Assembly: GCA_034520565.1 (NCBI GenBank) | Contig: JAXHNL010000001.1 | Span: 32,001-96,000 of the forward strand | Origin: Halodesulfurarchaeum sp. | GTDB lineage: Archaea; Halobacteriota; Halobacteria; Halobacteriales; Halobacteriaceae | Reading direction: 5' to 3' | DNA length: 64,000 bases | In this document: positions 48,620 to 59,877 of the stretch, one piece after another | How positions within the stretch are numbered: the first letter of the stretch is position 1 | Layout of the letters: each line of letters begins with the position of its first letter | Translations under genes and position numbers: made by a program | The notes under the pieces: model-generated | The model's input: the letters and a program-made list of their open reading frames with translations, nothing else | Told to the model about the DNA's origin: nothing | Database searches by the model: none

Positions 48620-48624
48620 AAAAA
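48620..48624 (-). terminator. Oligo-T archaeal terminator candidate after the small ORF
   Basis: TTTTT on the minus strand about 9 nt after the TAG at 48633. Confidence 0.35.
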
Positions 48625-48632
48625 GCGGCTGG

Positions 48633-48761
48633 CTACTCACCGGGTGTCTCGAAATTCGAGTCCGCCTCGTCATCGGCGCGTTCGGACTCGATACCGGGTT
48701 CGAAGTTCGCCGGAACCACGGTCAAATGGCGGATTCCGACGCGGGTCGTTCGTGCAGCCAT
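48633..48761 (-). CDS. Putative microprotein (42 aa)
   Basis: MAARTTRVGIRHLTVVPANFEPGIESERADDEADSNFETPGE; AT-rich promoter region upstream, T-tract downstream, acidic tail. Confidence 0.5.
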   Translation of the reverse strand: MAARTTRVGIRHLTVVPANFEPGIESERADDEADSNFETPGE

Positions 48762-48887
48762 CACGGATCGGTCTATGCGAGGAGGCCACAAGAAATTACC
48801 CATACGCATAATACATGAGCTGTCCCACGGGTAATGTCTCCGGCTCATCAACGGAGTCGATCGGCGAAAAGCCGCGCCGCTCTCCAG

Positions 48888-49421
48888 TTACGCGAGTTTC
48901 TCCCGGTACAGTTCCTGGGAGTGCTCGATTGCTTCGAAGGCGGCCTCGCGGTCGTCCCAGCCGAGGGTCTCGACTTCCTTGCCCGGCTCGAGGTTCTTGT
49001 AGGTCTCGAAGAACTCCGCGACCTCGTCAAGTGTCTGTTGGGGGACGTCTTCGAGGTCCTCGAGGTGGTCATAACGGGGATCCTCGACCGGAACGGCCAG
49101 CACCTTGTCGTCCTGTTCGCCGTCGTCGTCCATCCGCATGAGTGCGATGGGACGGGCTTCGATGACACAGCCGGGGAAGGTCCGGTCCTCGACCAGGACG
49201 AGCACGTCGAGCGGATCGCCGTCGTCGTAGTGGGACCGGGGAATGAACCCGTAGTCACTGGGGTAGTGAACGTTGCTGTGGAGTACGCGGTCCAGCACCA
49301 CACCGGGAAGGTCCTTGTCGTACTCGTACTTGTTGCGTTCGCCCTTGAGACACTCGATGACGGCATATATCGTCTCCGGCGAGTTCGGTCCGGTCTCGAG
49401 GTCTTCGAACAGGTTCGTCAT
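48888..49421 (-). CDS. ppa: Inorganic pyrophosphatase (family I)
   Basis: NKYEYDK, YPSDYGFIP, DGDPLDVLV, DDKV, FFETYKNLE; ATG at 49421. Confidence 0.95.
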   Translation of the reverse strand: MTNLFEDLETGPNSPETIYAVIECLKGERNKYEYDKDLPGVVLDRVLHSNVHYPSDYGFIPRSHYDDGDPLDVLVLVEDRTFPGCVIEARPIALMRMDDDGEQDDKVLAVPVEDPRYDHLEDLEDVPQQTLDEVAEFFETYKNLEPGKEVETLGWDDREAAFEAIEHSQELYREKLA

Positions 49422-49596
49422 GGTGACACCTGCAGTTCTCCGCCGCATAGATGTTTCGTCTTCCGTCAGTCGAAATGTGGTCCACGCGTTCGAGAGAGAT
49501 GGACTCGGGCCGACCATCGAGAAAGCACCCTGCGAGAGATTTCCACCCTCCACCCATTTGAGAAGCGTTAAATAAGACAGTAGCATTCGGCCACTC

Positions 49597-49947
49597 ATGT
49601 CAAAGGGACGCCGAGTTGCGGTCACAGCGGCACGAGACCTGACGGCCTTCCAGAAAAACATCCTCCGGGTTCTCGCCGAACAGCCCCGCTACGGGCTCGC
49701 GATCAAGCGCGAACTCGAGGCGTACTACGACGACGAAGTGAACCACGGTCGCCTGTATCCCAACCTCGACGACCTCGTCGATGCGGGATTCGTCGAAAAA
49801 AGCGCCCTCGATAAACGCACCAACGAGTACGGCCTGACCGAGGACGGCCTCGAAGCGGTCCGGGACGACCTGCGCTGGTCACTCGAACACTTCCTCACCG
49901 ACGCGGAACGCAACGAGTTCGTCGAATCGATCCTCGACGACGAATAA
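49597..49947 (+). CDS. PadR family (RosR-like) transcriptional regulator
   Basis: LTAFQ, YGLAIKRELE, NHGRLYPNLDDL, DKRTNEY. Confidence 0.9.
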   Translation: MSKGRRVAVTAARDLTAFQKNILRVLAEQPRYGLAIKRELEAYYDDEVNHGRLYPNLDDLVDAGFVEKSALDKRTNEYGLTEDGLEAVRDDLRWSLEHFLTDAERNEFVESILDDE

Positions 49948-50014
49948 CCCCTGCCGGAGCCGATTCTGACGCCGCGTTCCGTTTCGTGCTGTCGGGACTG
50001 GGACCGGGGTTTCC

Positions 50015-50575
50015 TCACCCGTCCCGTTCCAGTGGGAATGGTTCGCCAGCGACCGCGAACACTCGTTCGAGTGACGTCTCGACGGCGGCCGCTTCCGTAC
50101 CCGAGGGCCAGGCGTTCCGTGGAAAATACTCCGCGAGAAAGTCCTCGATTTCGACCGACGTCGCCGCCTCGATTCGGGCAGCGTGATGGTTGGCCATATA
50201 CGTTCCAAACGCCGCGGCGTTCGCCCCGTGTGTCTCGCCGAACTGCTCGGCAACCCGCTCGGCGAGGGCCTCGTTGTGTGCCTCGATAGCTGCCCAACTG
50301 TCCCCCTGGGGCAGGCTGTACAGGGGACCTTCGACCGCGTTTTCGGTCGATTCCAGGTGTTCCGGCTGGAAGGTTCCGTCCGCGAGCCAGTGATCGGGAT
50401 AGCAAACGAGCACCGGATCGGACTGGTCCTCGCGGACGCGGGCGGCGTATCCATAGCGGTCAAGGAGCGTGTCCCGGCGCTCTCGAATGGCTACCGGATC
50501 GGAGTGGGTCTCACGCCGGATCGTCCGGGTCATGGCCCGGACGGTTTCGAAAACCGAATCGGGGAGGTCAGGCAT
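50015..50575 (-). CDS. Conserved hypothetical protein (rnhA operon protein)
   Basis: Overlaps the rnhA stop; LVCYP, HGANAAAFGTYMANH, EYFPRNAWP. Confidence 0.75.
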   Translation of the reverse strand: MPDLPDSVFETVRAMTRTIRRETHSDPVAIRERRDTLLDRYGYAARVREDQSDPVLVCYPDHWLADGTFQPEHLESTENAVEGPLYSLPQGDSWAAIEAHNEALAERVAEQFGETHGANAAAFGTYMANHHAARIEAATSVEIEDFLAEYFPRNAWPSGTEAAAVETSLERVFAVAGEPFPLERDG

Positions 50576-51164
50576 CGTCAAGCGCTTCGTTCGCCAGTTC
50601 GTCGGCGCGTTCGTTCGTTTCTCGGGGGACGTGTTTGATCGCGTATTCCCCAAACTCCGAGAGCAATTCGTGGACTCGGACTCGATACTCCCGAAGGGTC
50701 GGATCGTTCGTGTTCCAGGCCCCGGAGACCTGCTTGACGATGAGTTCCGAGTCGCCTCGAATCTCGGCTTCGTCGTAGCCGTACCGAACGGCGACCTCGA
50801 GACCGCGAATTAGTGCCTCGTACTCGGCCTGGTTGTTCGTGGCGCGGCCGATCGTTTCACCCCCTTCGTCCACGATTCCGTCGCCGTCCACGAGAACCCA
50901 CCCGACGGCGGATGGGCCGGGATTCCCCCGACACGCACCGTCGAAGTAGACGTAAACACGGCCGCTACCGTCCGCGGCCAGCACGGAGGTGATATCGACC
51001 GGTCGTTTCCCTTGCACCACGAGGCTGTCCTCGTAAGCGACCGCGTGGGCCTCCCCGAGGTCCGCGTGGTATCGCTCGTGCTCGGTCTTTCCCGGCAAGA
51101 TGGTCGCTCCTGCGTCTTCCAGCTCCGCTCTTGCCGCCTCGACGTCGCACTCCAGGACCGGCAT
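50568..51164 (-). CDS. rnhA: Ribonuclease HI with N-terminal extension
   Basis: YFDGACRGNPG, TNNQAEYEAL, GDSELIVKQ, HVPRETNERADELAN; ATG at 51164. Confidence 0.93.
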   Translation of the reverse strand: MPVLECDVEAARAELEDAGATILPGKTEHERYHADLGEAHAVAYEDSLVVQGKRPVDITSVLAADGSGRVYVYFDGACRGNPGPSAVGWVLVDGDGIVDEGGETIGRATNNQAEYEALIRGLEVAVRYGYDEAEIRGDSELIVKQVSGAWNTNDPTLREYRVRVHELLSEFGEYAIKHVPRETNERADELANEALDDA

Positions 51165-51340
51165 CGGTTCCGAATCGGCGACCGACACACAAGTAAGCGC
51201 CGGAACCCGAGAGCCGTTCAGCATCGGTACACGGATCGTTTCAGGGACAGCGAGTGTCGTTTCGCGATTCTGTCGCTCACCGGAGGTAACGACCGAGGCA
51301 ACGGGTTTATGAAGGTCGAGACTGCTACTATAAAAGTGCA

Positions 51341-52301
51341 ATGACACGGTCCACCCGCCAGCGGGAGCGACAAGCGGCCGAGACCGAGGAGTCAAAAGAG
51401 GACGTCCGGGAGTGTCCCGAATGTGGCTCCGAGGAGCTGGTCAAAAGCTCCGACCGGGGGGAGCTCGTTTGTAACGAGTGTGGGCTCGTCCTCGAAGAGG
51501 AAAAGATCGACCCCGGCCCGGAGTGGCGCGCCTTCAACCATCAGGAGCGTCAGGAAAAGTCCCGCGTGGGGGCCCCGACGACCCAGACGATGCACGACAA
51601 GGGGCTGACGACCACAATCGACTGGAAGGACAAGGACGCCTACGGGCGCTCGATCTCCTCGAAGAAACGAAGCCAGATGCACCGGCTGCGAAAGTGGCAG
51701 GAACGCATCCGGACCAAGGACGCCGGCGAACGCAACCTCCAGTTCGCACTCTCGCGAGATCGACCGCATGGCGAGCGCGCTCGGGGTTCCGCGTTCGGTC
51801 CGGGAAGTCGCCTCCGTCATATATCGACGCGCCCTCAAGGAAGATCTCATTCGCGGGCGCTCGATCGAGGGTGTCGCGACGTCAGCACTGTATGCCTCCT
51901 GCCGGAAGGAAGGCATCCCCCGGAGTCTCGAGGAGATTTCCGAAGTATCACGGGTCGAGCGCAAGGAGATCGGCCGAACCTACCGATACGTCTCCCAGGA
52001 ACTCGGCCTCGAGATGGAGCCGGTCGACCCGAAGAAGTACGTCCCTCGCTTTTGCTCCGAACTCGAACTCTCCGAGGAGGTCCAGTCCAAGGCCAACGAG
52101 ATCATCGAGACGACCGCGGAGAAGGGACTGCTCTCGGGCAAGTCCCCGACCGGCTACGCGGCCGCCGCGATATACGCCGCCTCGCTTCTGTGTAACGAGA
52201 AGAAGACTCAAAGGGAGGTCGCAGACGTCGCCCAGGTAACCGAGGTGACGATCCGGAATCGGTACCAGGAGCAGATCGAAGCGATGGGCATCCATCACTG
52301 A
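51341..52301 (+). CDS. tfb: Transcription initiation factor IIB (second paralog), one apparent +1 indel at about 51754
   Basis: [26 protein letters not shown] then (other frame) [30 protein letters not shown]. Confidence 0.92.
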
Positions 52302-52401
52302 TTCCTGGCGGGTGGATCGACACGAAGTGGCGTACTGGCTGTGGACTGGGCGGAATGCGGGAAACGAAGCCGTTTTGACGGGCCGAAGTGTCCAGTGAGC
52401 C

Positions 52402-53100
52402 ATGAGCGGGCCGTGGACACAGTGGGATCACGTCCTCAAGGTCGATCCCGACAAGGAACTCGCCGAGGGAGACACCTTCGCGGACGTCTGTACGAGTGGG
52501 ACCGATGCCATCGAGATCGGCGGCACCACCGGCATGACCGAGGAGAAAATGGAACAGGTCGTTTCGGCCTGCCGGGAATACGACATCCCGCTCTTCCAGG
52601 AGCCCTCGAATCCGGGCGTGGTCATCAGGGATCCGGGACTCGACGGCTATCTCATCCCGACGGTGTTCAACGCCGGGGACCCCTTCTGGATCACCGGCGC
52701 CCACAAGGAATGGGCGCGGATCGACGAAATCGACTGGGACCGGACCTACACCGAGGCCTATGTCGTCCTCAATCCGGAGGCCTCGGTCGCCTCTTATACG
52801 GAGGCCAACTGCGACCTCGACGACGACGAGGTGGCCGCCTACGCCTCGATCGCGGAACGGCTCTTCGGCCAGGACATCGTCTACCTCGAATATTCGGGCA
52901 TGCTGGGCGATCCCGAGACCGTCGGGACCGCCGCTGAGGCGCTCGACGAGTCGACCCTCTTTTACGGTGGCGGGATTCGCGATTACGAGTCGGCCAAGAC
53001 GATGGGGGCCGTCGCTGACGTCGTCGTTGTCGGCGACCTGGTTCACGAGGAGGGCGTCGCGGCCGTCGAGGAGACGGTCCGGGGCGCCAAGGAAGCCTGA
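52402..53100 (+). CDS. Geranylgeranylglyceryl phosphate synthase (PcrB group)
   Basis: [35 protein letters not shown]. Confidence 0.88.
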   Translation: MSGPWTQWDHVLKVDPDKELAEGDTFADVCTSGTDAIEIGGTTGMTEEKMEQVVSACREYDIPLFQEPSNPGVVIRDPGLDGYLIPTVFNAGDPFWITGAHKEWARIDEIDWDRTYTEAYVVLNPEASVASYTEANCDLDDDEVAAYASIAERLFGQDIVYLEYSGMLGDPETVGTAAEALDESTLFYGGGIRDYESAKTMGAVADVVVVGDLVHEEGVAAVEETVRGAKEA

Positions 53101-53186
53101 CCGGGGCCCGATCCGACGCCACCCTCCCCGAAATCGGCCAACCGAAATACGGGCGTTTAAGAGCGATCCGGAGTGTAGTTGGGCCC

Positions 53187-54491
53187 ATGCGAGACCGGAC
53201 ACACGCTGCAGACGCCGAACCCGGCATGGAGGCCACGATCGCCGGGTGGGTTCACGAGATACGCGACCTCGGGGGGATCGCCTTTCTGATCCTCCGAGAT
53301 CGAACGGGCAAGATTCAGGTGAAATTCGAGAAGGACGAACTGGAAGCGGACCTCGTCGACCGCGCGCTCTCCGTCCACCGCGAGAGCGTGATCCAGGTGA
53401 CCGGAACGGTCTTCGAAGAAGACCGGGCGCCAACGGGCGTCGAAATCGTTCCCGAAACTTTTGACGTGATCGCCAAGGCCGATCCCGAACTCCCGCTTGA
53501 CCCCTCGGGCAAGGTCGGCGCCGAACTCTCGACCCGCCTCGACAACCGGACACTCGATCTCCGCCGGGACGAGACCCGGGCCATCTTTGAGATTCGAAGC
53601 GAAGTACTTCGAGCCGGGCGCGAGACGTTCCGCGACCTGGGCGGCACCGAGATCACGACCCCGAAGATCGTCGCCACCGGAACCGAAGGCGGTACCGAAC
53701 TCTTCCCCATCACGTACTTCGGCCGCGAAGCGTTCATGAACCAATCCCCACAGCTCTTCAAGCAGCTGCTCGCGGCCTCCGGCCTCGAACGGGTGTTCGA
53801 GATCGGACCGATCTTTCGCGCGGAGGAGCACAACACGCCACGTCACCTGAACGAGGCGACCAGCATCGACTTCGAGAGCGCCTTCATCGACGCCGACGAG
53901 GCGATGGACGTCGCCGAAACCTTCGTCAGGTCGGTGTACGAGGCAGTTGGGTCGAACTGTGCCGCTCAGCTCGAAACGCTGGGACTCGCGAATTCCTTCG
54001 AGGTCCCGGCGGACGACTTCCCGCGGATCACCTACGAGGAGGCCATCCAGCAGGCGAACGCGACAGGCGTGGTCGACGAGCAACTCGTCTGGGGTGACGA
54101 CCTCCCCACCGAGGCCGAGAAGGCACTGGGCGAGGAGATCGGTCAACATTACTTCATCACGAACTGGCCATCCGAGGTCAAGCCGTTCTACATCAAGGAC
54201 GAGGACGACGACCCGGACGTGTCGACTGGATTCGACCTGAACCACCCCCGGATGGAACTCGTTTCCGGGGGTCAGCGCGAACACCGCTACGACGAGCTGG
54301 TTGAGGGCTTCGAGGCCCAGGGTCTCGACCCGGCCGCCTTCGAGTACTACACCAAGATGTTCAAGTACGGAATGCCGCCACACGCCGGCTGGGGAATGGG
54401 TGCCGAGCGGCTCCTCGTCACGATGCTCGATCTCGACAACATCAGGGAGGCCGTCCTCTTCCCGCGGGACCGAACGCGGCTCTCGCCGTAG
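53187..54491 (+). CDS. aspS: Aspartate--tRNA ligase (probably non-discriminating Asp/Asn)
   Basis: [44 protein letters not shown]; His and Pro at the anticodon-domain positions associated with ND-AspRS. Confidence 0.96.
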   Translation: MRDRTHAADAEPGMEATIAGWVHEIRDLGGIAFLILRDRTGKIQVKFEKDELEADLVDRALSVHRESVIQVTGTVFEEDRAPTGVEIVPETFDVIAKADPELPLDPSGKVGAELSTRLDNRTLDLRRDETRAIFEIRSEVLRAGRETFRDLGGTEITTPKIVATGTEGGTELFPITYFGREAFMNQSPQLFKQLLAASGLERVFEIGPIFRAEEHNTPRHLNEATSIDFESAFIDADEAMDVAETFVRSVYEAVGSNCAAQLETLGLANSFEVPADDFPRITYEEAIQQANATGVVDEQLVWGDDLPTEAEKALGEEIGQHYFITNWPSEVKPFYIKDEDDDPDVSTGFDLNHPRMELVSGGQREHRYDELVEGFEAQGLDPAAFEYYTKMFKYGMPPHAGWGMGAERLLVTMLDLDNIREAVLFPRDRTRLSP

Positions 54492-54494
54492 GAA

Positions 54495-55331
54495 ATGATC
54501 GACCGGCCCCTCGCCCGGGCGTTCGTTCCCGGGCACGTCACGGGCCTGTTCACCGTCCACCGGACTGAGGACCCGCACACCACCGGGTCACGGGGGGCTG
54601 GATTCACCCTCCGTGATGGGGTGACGGTGTCGGTCCGGGCGGCCGACGAGACGGCGGTTTCGATCGACGGAAATGAAAGCGTTGTGGAGCCCGTAAGGCG
54701 CGTCCTCGAGGCACTTGACGTCCGGGCGTTCGTCGACGTCGAGGCCGATCTCCCGGTCGGGACGGGTTTCGGCCTCTCCGGTGGGATGGCACTGGGGACG
54801 GCCCTCGCCGCGAACGAGGGGTTCGAACTGGGCCACACCGAAAACGAGCTGATCCGGATCGCTCACGTCGCCGACGTGGAGGCCGGCACCGGACTGGGCG
54901 ACGTGGTCGCACAGGCCCGGGGCGGGATCGTGCTTCGGCTCGAACCCGGTGCCCCTCCTCACGGACGGCTTGACGGAATTCCAGGGAGGGGCCGGGTCGA
55001 GTTTTTGACCTTCGGAGAACTGTCGACCCCGGACGTACTCACTGCACATCCCGAAACGATTACCCGAGCGGGAACGAGCGCCCTCGAATCGCTACGGGAA
55101 AACCCCACCGCCGCTCGATTCGTGCAGACCGCATCGGACTTCAGCTCGGAGATCGGGCTGGAAACCGAAGCCGTCGGATCGATTCTGGATACCGTCGAAG
55201 ACACAGGTAACACGGCATCGATGGCGATGTTGGGGGAGACAGTCTTCGCGTTCGGACGAGCCCTTAGCGACGCCGGCTTCGATCCCGAGGTCTCGGCGAT
55301 CGACCCGTGTGGTGCCCGGCTCCTCGAGTAG
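54495..55331 (+). CDS. pok: Pantoate kinase
   Basis: PGHVTGLF, GSRGAG, GHMP motif PVGTGFGLSG, GTGLGDV, SMAMLG. Confidence 0.9.
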   Translation: MIDRPLARAFVPGHVTGLFTVHRTEDPHTTGSRGAGFTLRDGVTVSVRAADETAVSIDGNESVVEPVRRVLEALDVRAFVDVEADLPVGTGFGLSGGMALGTALAANEGFELGHTENELIRIAHVADVEAGTGLGDVVAQARGGIVLRLEPGAPPHGRLDGIPGRGRVEFLTFGELSTPDVLTAHPETITRAGTSALESLRENPTAARFVQTASDFSSEIGLETEAVGSILDTVEDTGNTASMAMLGETVFAFGRALSDAGFDPEVSAIDPCGARLLE

Positions 55332-55380
55332 CGGGCCCGGAGTAGCGGGATTTTTGCCACCCCGTGGCATAGGACCGGCA

Positions 55381-56137
55381 ATGACCGACGCCGCGGAGAT
55401 TCCCGCCGACCATCCGCGCCACGATTCGCTACTCACGCGACACCGAATCGAGGCCGGCGTCGAGAAGGGGATCACGAGCAAGCAGGGATTGATCGCACAG
55501 GGCCGGGGGGAGGCCTTCGATTACCTGTTGGGCGAGCGGACCATTCCCAGCGCCGACCGTGCCGAACGCGCGGCAGCCGCGACCCTGCTCGACGCCGAAA
55601 CCCCCGTACTGAGCGTCAACGGCAACGTGGCTGCACTCGTGCCGGAGGCGATCGTGGAACTCGCCTCGGTCGTGGACGCCGCCCTCGAGATCAACCTGTT
55701 CAACCGGACCGAATCCCGGATGGCCGCGATCGAGTCCCACCTCGAGGCACATGGAGCCGAGCACGTCAAGGGGCGTGCCGCCGACGCCCGAATACCCGGC
55801 CTCTCCCACGAACGAGCCAAGGTCGATGCCGACGGCATTTACGCGGCCGACGTGGTGCTCGTCCCGCTCGAGGACGGCGATCGGGCCGAAGCCCTCGCCG
55901 AGATGGGAAAAACCGAGATCGTGATCGATCTAAACCCGCTCTCCCGGTCGGCTCAGGTCGCGGCCATCCCGATCGTCGACAACATCATCCGGGCGATTCC
56001 CCGGATGGTCGAACACGCCGCGCGAACTCGAGGCAGCCGGCCCGGACACCCGGGAGGAAGCACGGACGGCTTTCGACAGGGACGCCGCGCTTCGTGACGC
56101 GGAGGCGACGATCCGGGAGCACTTCGGGGCGTCCTGA
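55381..56137 (+). CDS. pps: Phosphopantothenate synthetase, apparent +1 indel at about 56020
   Basis: GRGEAFDYLLGE, SVNGN, VPLEDGDR, IDLNPLSR; the shifted frame gives a natural acidic end ELEAAGPDTREE..IREHFGAS*. Confidence 0.9.
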
Positions 56138-56144
56138 GCAATTG

Positions 56145-57065
56145 TCAGCCCGGAAACCGTGCTTTCGCGACGTCCCTGGCCTTTCTGGCGACTTCGACGG
56201 CCGTCGGCCCGAGCAAGTAGACGATCGGTTCGACGCCGACGGCGCCGCGATGGTAGAGGACGGTGGTCTGGGGGGTCGCTGCGATCGCTTCGGAAACGGC
56301 AGCCTCGAGTGACTGGTTCTCGATGTGTAGTTCCACGACGGTGGTTTCCCGCTCGAGGAGCGCATCGAGTGTCTCCGGCGTGAACGCGAGGTTCAATCCC
56401 GCTTTCGCTTCGCTTCCCGCCCCGCGGGCTGCGAGCAACACGCCCCCGACGTACTCGCTGACGCCGAACTCGGGCTCCCCGGGCACTTCCACGCGGCCAT
56501 TTACGTCGAGAATCCGACCGGGGACGCCCACGACGTCCTCGAGGGCCGAGGCCGATTCGAGAACTTCGACGAGATTCGACCCGACGTGGGGAACGAGCCC
56601 GGCGAACCTGGTCGCGTGTTCAAGGATTCGAAGGCCCCGACGAACCGAGGCTCTGGCCCGTTCCCGTTCGAGGGCGCCCTGATCGGGTTCGAAGGAGTCG
56701 AGGTCGTACTCGACGGTTCTGAGTTCGGGGACGGCTTCCTCGTGGAGTTCGGCGACGAGATCGCCCGGCCCCGAAAGTGTTCCGAGGAGCCGTTCGATCT
56801 CGATGAGCGCCTGGACCGGCCGAACGTCACCGGTCGCCAGCCCTGGAGTGAGGTCGGCGACGAGTTCCTGGACGCGCTCGTCTCGGGCCACCGCGTCGCT
56901 CGTGGCGATCTCGCCCTGCGCGTACTTCGAGACCGCACTCTGGCTGAGGCCGAGCTTCTCGGCCACCTCGTGTTGGGTGAGTCCGCGTTCGCGGAGTTCG
57001 CTCGCGAGCATGGCCCTGATCGTCGGGAGCACCGACTCGGCGATGACCTCCGCGCGGAACTTCAC
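56145..57065 (-). CDS. thiR: ThiR-like regulator (HTH plus ThiN domain)
   Basis: [32 protein letters not shown]; ThiN-like VGSN, VPGRI, PEFG, GVEP. Confidence 0.8.
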   Translation of the reverse strand: MKFRAEVIAESVLPTIRAMLASELRERGLTQHEVAEKLGLSQSAVSKYAQGEIATSDAVARDERVQELVADLTPGLATGDVRPVQALIEIERLLGTLSGPGDLVAELHEEAVPELRTVEYDLDSFEPDQGALERERARASVRRGLRILEHATRFAGLVPHVGSNLVEVLESASALEDVVGVPGRILDVNGRVEVPGEPEFGVSEYVGGVLLAARGAGSEAKAGLNLAFTPETLDALLERETTVVELHIENQSLEAAVSEAIAATPQTTVLYHRGAVGVEPIVYLLGPTAVEVARKARDVAKARFPG

Positions 57066-57661
57066 TGCTGCTCACCCGCCTCCGGGTCGAATTCGACGTC
57101 GTCTCCGATCCGCGAGGCCGCCGGGCCGCCCTGGTCCTGGTACTTCGAACCCCGCTCGGAACCGTAGGGGGATTCGGCCGGGCTGGAGAGTTCGGTAAAG
57201 ACGATCTGGGAGATGCGCATGCCGGGGGTGAGCGCCACTGGAGCGGTCCCGAGATTGGAGAGTTCGAGGGTTATACGCCCTCTAAAACCCGGATCTACAA
57301 ATCCGGCTGTGGCATGCACTACCACGGCAAGTCGCCCCAGCGAGGACCGCCCCTCGACTTGCGCGACCAGGTCGTCCGGAATTTCCACCCGCTCTTTGGT
57401 CGTGCCGAGGACGAAATCTCCCGGATGAAGGATGAACTCCTCGCCCTCCTCGATGAGGGTCTCGCTGACGTAATCCCCGACCTGATTCTCCTCCTGGGGA
57501 TGAATGCTCGGGATGTTCGTTCGTCTGAATTCGAGGAACTCCGTGCCCAGCCGCACGTCGATACTCGCGGGCTGGATCTGGAGGTCGGGATCGGAGAGGG
57601 GCTCGACGACGAGGTCGCCGTCTTCGAGCCGGGAGCGGATGTCGCGGTCCGAGAGGATCAT
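57062..57661 (-). CDS. dcd: dCTP deaminase
   Basis: [38 protein letters not shown]. Confidence 0.95.
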   Translation of the reverse strand: MILSDRDIRSRLEDGDLVVEPLSDPDLQIQPASIDVRLGTEFLEFRRTNIPSIHPQEENQVGDYVSETLIEEGEEFILHPGDFVLGTTKERVEIPDDLVAQVEGRSSLGRLAVVVHATAGFVDPGFRGRITLELSNLGTAPVALTPGMRISQIVFTELSSPAESPYGSERGSKYQDQGGPAASRIGDDVEFDPEAGEQQ

Positions 57662-57771
57662 GCAATGATCCCCGGGCCTGATTGCCTTAAGGATACGTGA
57701 TTGCCCCGATGTCCCCCTCGACTATTCAGCCAAAGGACACCTCTAAGGGCCCCGAATCACAGAGTGATCGC

Positions 57772-58110
57772 ATGAAGCAGGCCATCGTCGTCCGATCGGA
57801 CCTGGGGATGGGCACTGGAAAACTCGCGGCCCAGGTTGCCCACGCCGCGCTTTCGGCCGTCGAACACGCCACCGACGACACCGTGCGGCAGTGGAAACGG
57901 GCGGGACAGCGCAAGGTCGTCCTCAAAATCGACGGTGAGCGGGCGCTCTTCGAAATACAGGAGAAGGCAAAGACGGCGGGACTCCCGACAGGCCTGATCC
58001 GTGACGCCGGCCGAACGCAACTCGACCCGGACACCCCGACCACCGTCGCCGTCGGCCCCGCGAGCGACGAGGCAGTCGACCGCATCACCGGCTCGCTCTC
58101 GCTTTACTGA
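57772..58110 (+). CDS. pth2: Peptidyl-tRNA hydrolase Pth2
   Basis: [35 protein letters not shown]; ATG at 57772. Confidence 0.95.
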   Translation: MKQAIVVRSDLGMGTGKLAAQVAHAALSAVEHATDDTVRQWKRAGQRKVVLKIDGERALFEIQEKAKTAGLPTGLIRDAGRTQLDPDTPTTVAVGPASDEAVDRITGSLSLY

Positions 58111-58161
58111 AGAGATCGGGTAGCGAGCGTGTTTTGCCCCCTGCACTCGAAACCCGGACAA

Positions 58162-59481
58162 ATGCGCCCGGCCCACGAGGACGAACGCCCCTACGGAATC
58201 GAGTGGTATGCGAGCGACTCGGCCGGCGTCGGCGGACGGCTCCGTGACCGGCCAGAAGATTTCCGGGTGCGCGAGCGCGAGCGGTTCGACGTGGAGCCAA
58301 TCGACGCCGATCCGGGGGATTACCCCTGGATCGTGCTCCGGGTCACCCTCGAGAACACGGACACGAACGACTTCGCACGGGAACTGTCGAATCGACTCTC
58401 GATCAGTCGCGAGCGGGTTGGCTGGGCCGGCACGAAGGACAAGCGGGCGGTCTCGACCCAACTGTTCTCCGTTCGTGGAGTCGATCCCGCGGCAGTCCCC
58501 GAAATCGGCGGCGCAACGATCGACGTGGTGGGTCGGGCCGGGCGTGGACTGGGTTTCGGCGATCTTCTCGGCAACGAGTTCGAGATCGTCGTCCGGGATC
58601 CCGATGCCCCCGAGCGAGTGGCGGAGATTACCGCGGAACTCGAGGCACAGTTCGGCGGCCGGGCTGGCGTCCCGAACTACTTCGGCCATCAGCGCTTCGG
58701 CAGCTATCGCTCGATTACCCACGAGGTCGGGCTGGCGATCCTGCGACGGGACTGGGAGGGTGCCGTGATGGCCTATCTCGGAAATCCAAGCCCCGAGGAG
58801 CCCCCGGCCTCGAGTGCGGCCCGGGAGTTCGTCGAGGAAACCCGGGACTGGGAGGTCGCCCTCGACCGGTTCCCGAATCGGTTGCGCTACGAACGGGCGA
58901 TGTTGCACGACTTACACGAGTCGGACGGCGAATCCGCGGCGGACTATCGATCGGCTCTGGAGACCTTTCCCGAGAACCTCCGTCGGCTCTTCGTCAACGC
59001 CGCCCAGTCCCTGCTATTCAACGAAGTGCTGAGCCGGCGGTTCGAGGCCGGACTCCCGTTCCACGAGCCGGTCGCGGGGGACGTCGTCGCCTTCGCGGAC
59101 ACGGACGCTCCGGCTGATTTCCCGCTTCCCGACGTCGATCGGATCCAGCGCGTTGGGGCGGGACAAACCGACGTGTTGACACGGCACTGCGAGCGGGACC
59201 GGGCGTTCGTCACAGCCCCGCTTGTCGGGACCGAGACCGAGCTTGCCGAAGGAGAGCCGGGTGAAATCGAGCGGGCAGTGCTCGACGAGCACGACATCGA
59301 ACCCGACGATTTCGACCTCCCCGAGCCGTATCACTCCACGGGAACCCGTCGGGCGATTCTGGTTCGAATCGAGCCCACGATCGACTTCGGGCCTCTCACC
59401 TTCGAGTTCGGCCTGCCGAAGGGGAGTTACGCGACGGTGTTCCTGCGGGAATATCTGAAGGTGTCTCCGCTGAAGATGTGA
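58162..59481 (+). CDS. truD: tRNA pseudouridine(13) synthase TruD
   Basis: [37 protein letters not shown]. Confidence 0.95.
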   Translation: MRPAHEDERPYGIEWYASDSAGVGGRLRDRPEDFRVRERERFDVEPIDADPGDYPWIVLRVTLENTDTNDFARELSNRLSISRERVGWAGTKDKRAVSTQLFSVRGVDPAAVPEIGGATIDVVGRAGRGLGFGDLLGNEFEIVVRDPDAPERVAEITAELEAQFGGRAGVPNYFGHQRFGSYRSITHEVGLAILRRDWEGAVMAYLGNPSPEEPPASSAAREFVEETRDWEVALDRFPNRLRYERAMLHDLHESDGESAADYRSALETFPENLRRLFVNAAQSLLFNEVLSRRFEAGLPFHEPVAGDVVAFADTDAPADFPLPDVDRIQRVGAGQTDVLTRHCERDRAFVTAPLVGTETELAEGEPGEIERAVLDEHDIEPDDFDLPEPYHSTGTRRAILVRIEPTIDFGPLTFEFGLPKGSYATVFLREYLKVSPLKM

Positions 59482-59506
59482 GGAGAAGGGGTCGAAAGGA
59501 GAACCG

Positions 59507-59592
59507 TCAGCGGGATTGGGTGGAGGTGCATCAGCGGGTTGGGTGGAGGTACATCAGCGGGTTGGGTGGAGGTACATCAGCGGGTTGGGTGG
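59507..59592. repeat. G-rich tandem repeat, about 3.7 copies of a 23-bp unit (TCAGCGGGTTGGGTGGAGGTACA)
   Basis: Units at 59507, 59531, 59554 and 59577 (partial); no unique spacers. Confidence 0.9.
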
Positions 59593-59625
59593 GTGGCCGG
59601 TGTAGTGGAGGGGTTAGATAAATCC

Positions 59626-59877
59626 TTAATTGGACGTCTCGGTGCCTGCGCCGGCCGCCGTTTCGGCACCCTCAGCTGCCTCCGAACCGCCCGGCGTCAG
59701 GCCGCTGATCGTCTCACCGAGACCACCTTCGCCGATCGAGCTCTTTACCGCATCGAGGATGCTGCTGACGAAGTCGGGGACCTGTGCGGGCAGGTCGCCG
59801 GGCGGGCCAGCTTGCATGATTGTCTGTGCCGCGTCGTTTGCCATCAGCGCAATCGATAGTGGGTCTGCTTCGATCAT
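59626..59877 (-). CDS. Small hypothetical protein with GPPGDLPAQVPDFV motif
   Basis: Acidic 83-aa ORF; the motif resembles a short C-terminal segment of haloarchaeal exported proteins. Confidence 0.55.
   Translation of the reverse strand: MIEADPLSIALMANDAAQTIMQAGPPGDLPAQVPDFVSSILDAVKSSIGEGGLGETISGLTPGGSEAAEGAETAAGAGTETSN

Noticed and set aside
59507-59592. CRISPR array
   Set aside because: Units are head-to-tail with no unique spacers, and there are no cas genes or leader
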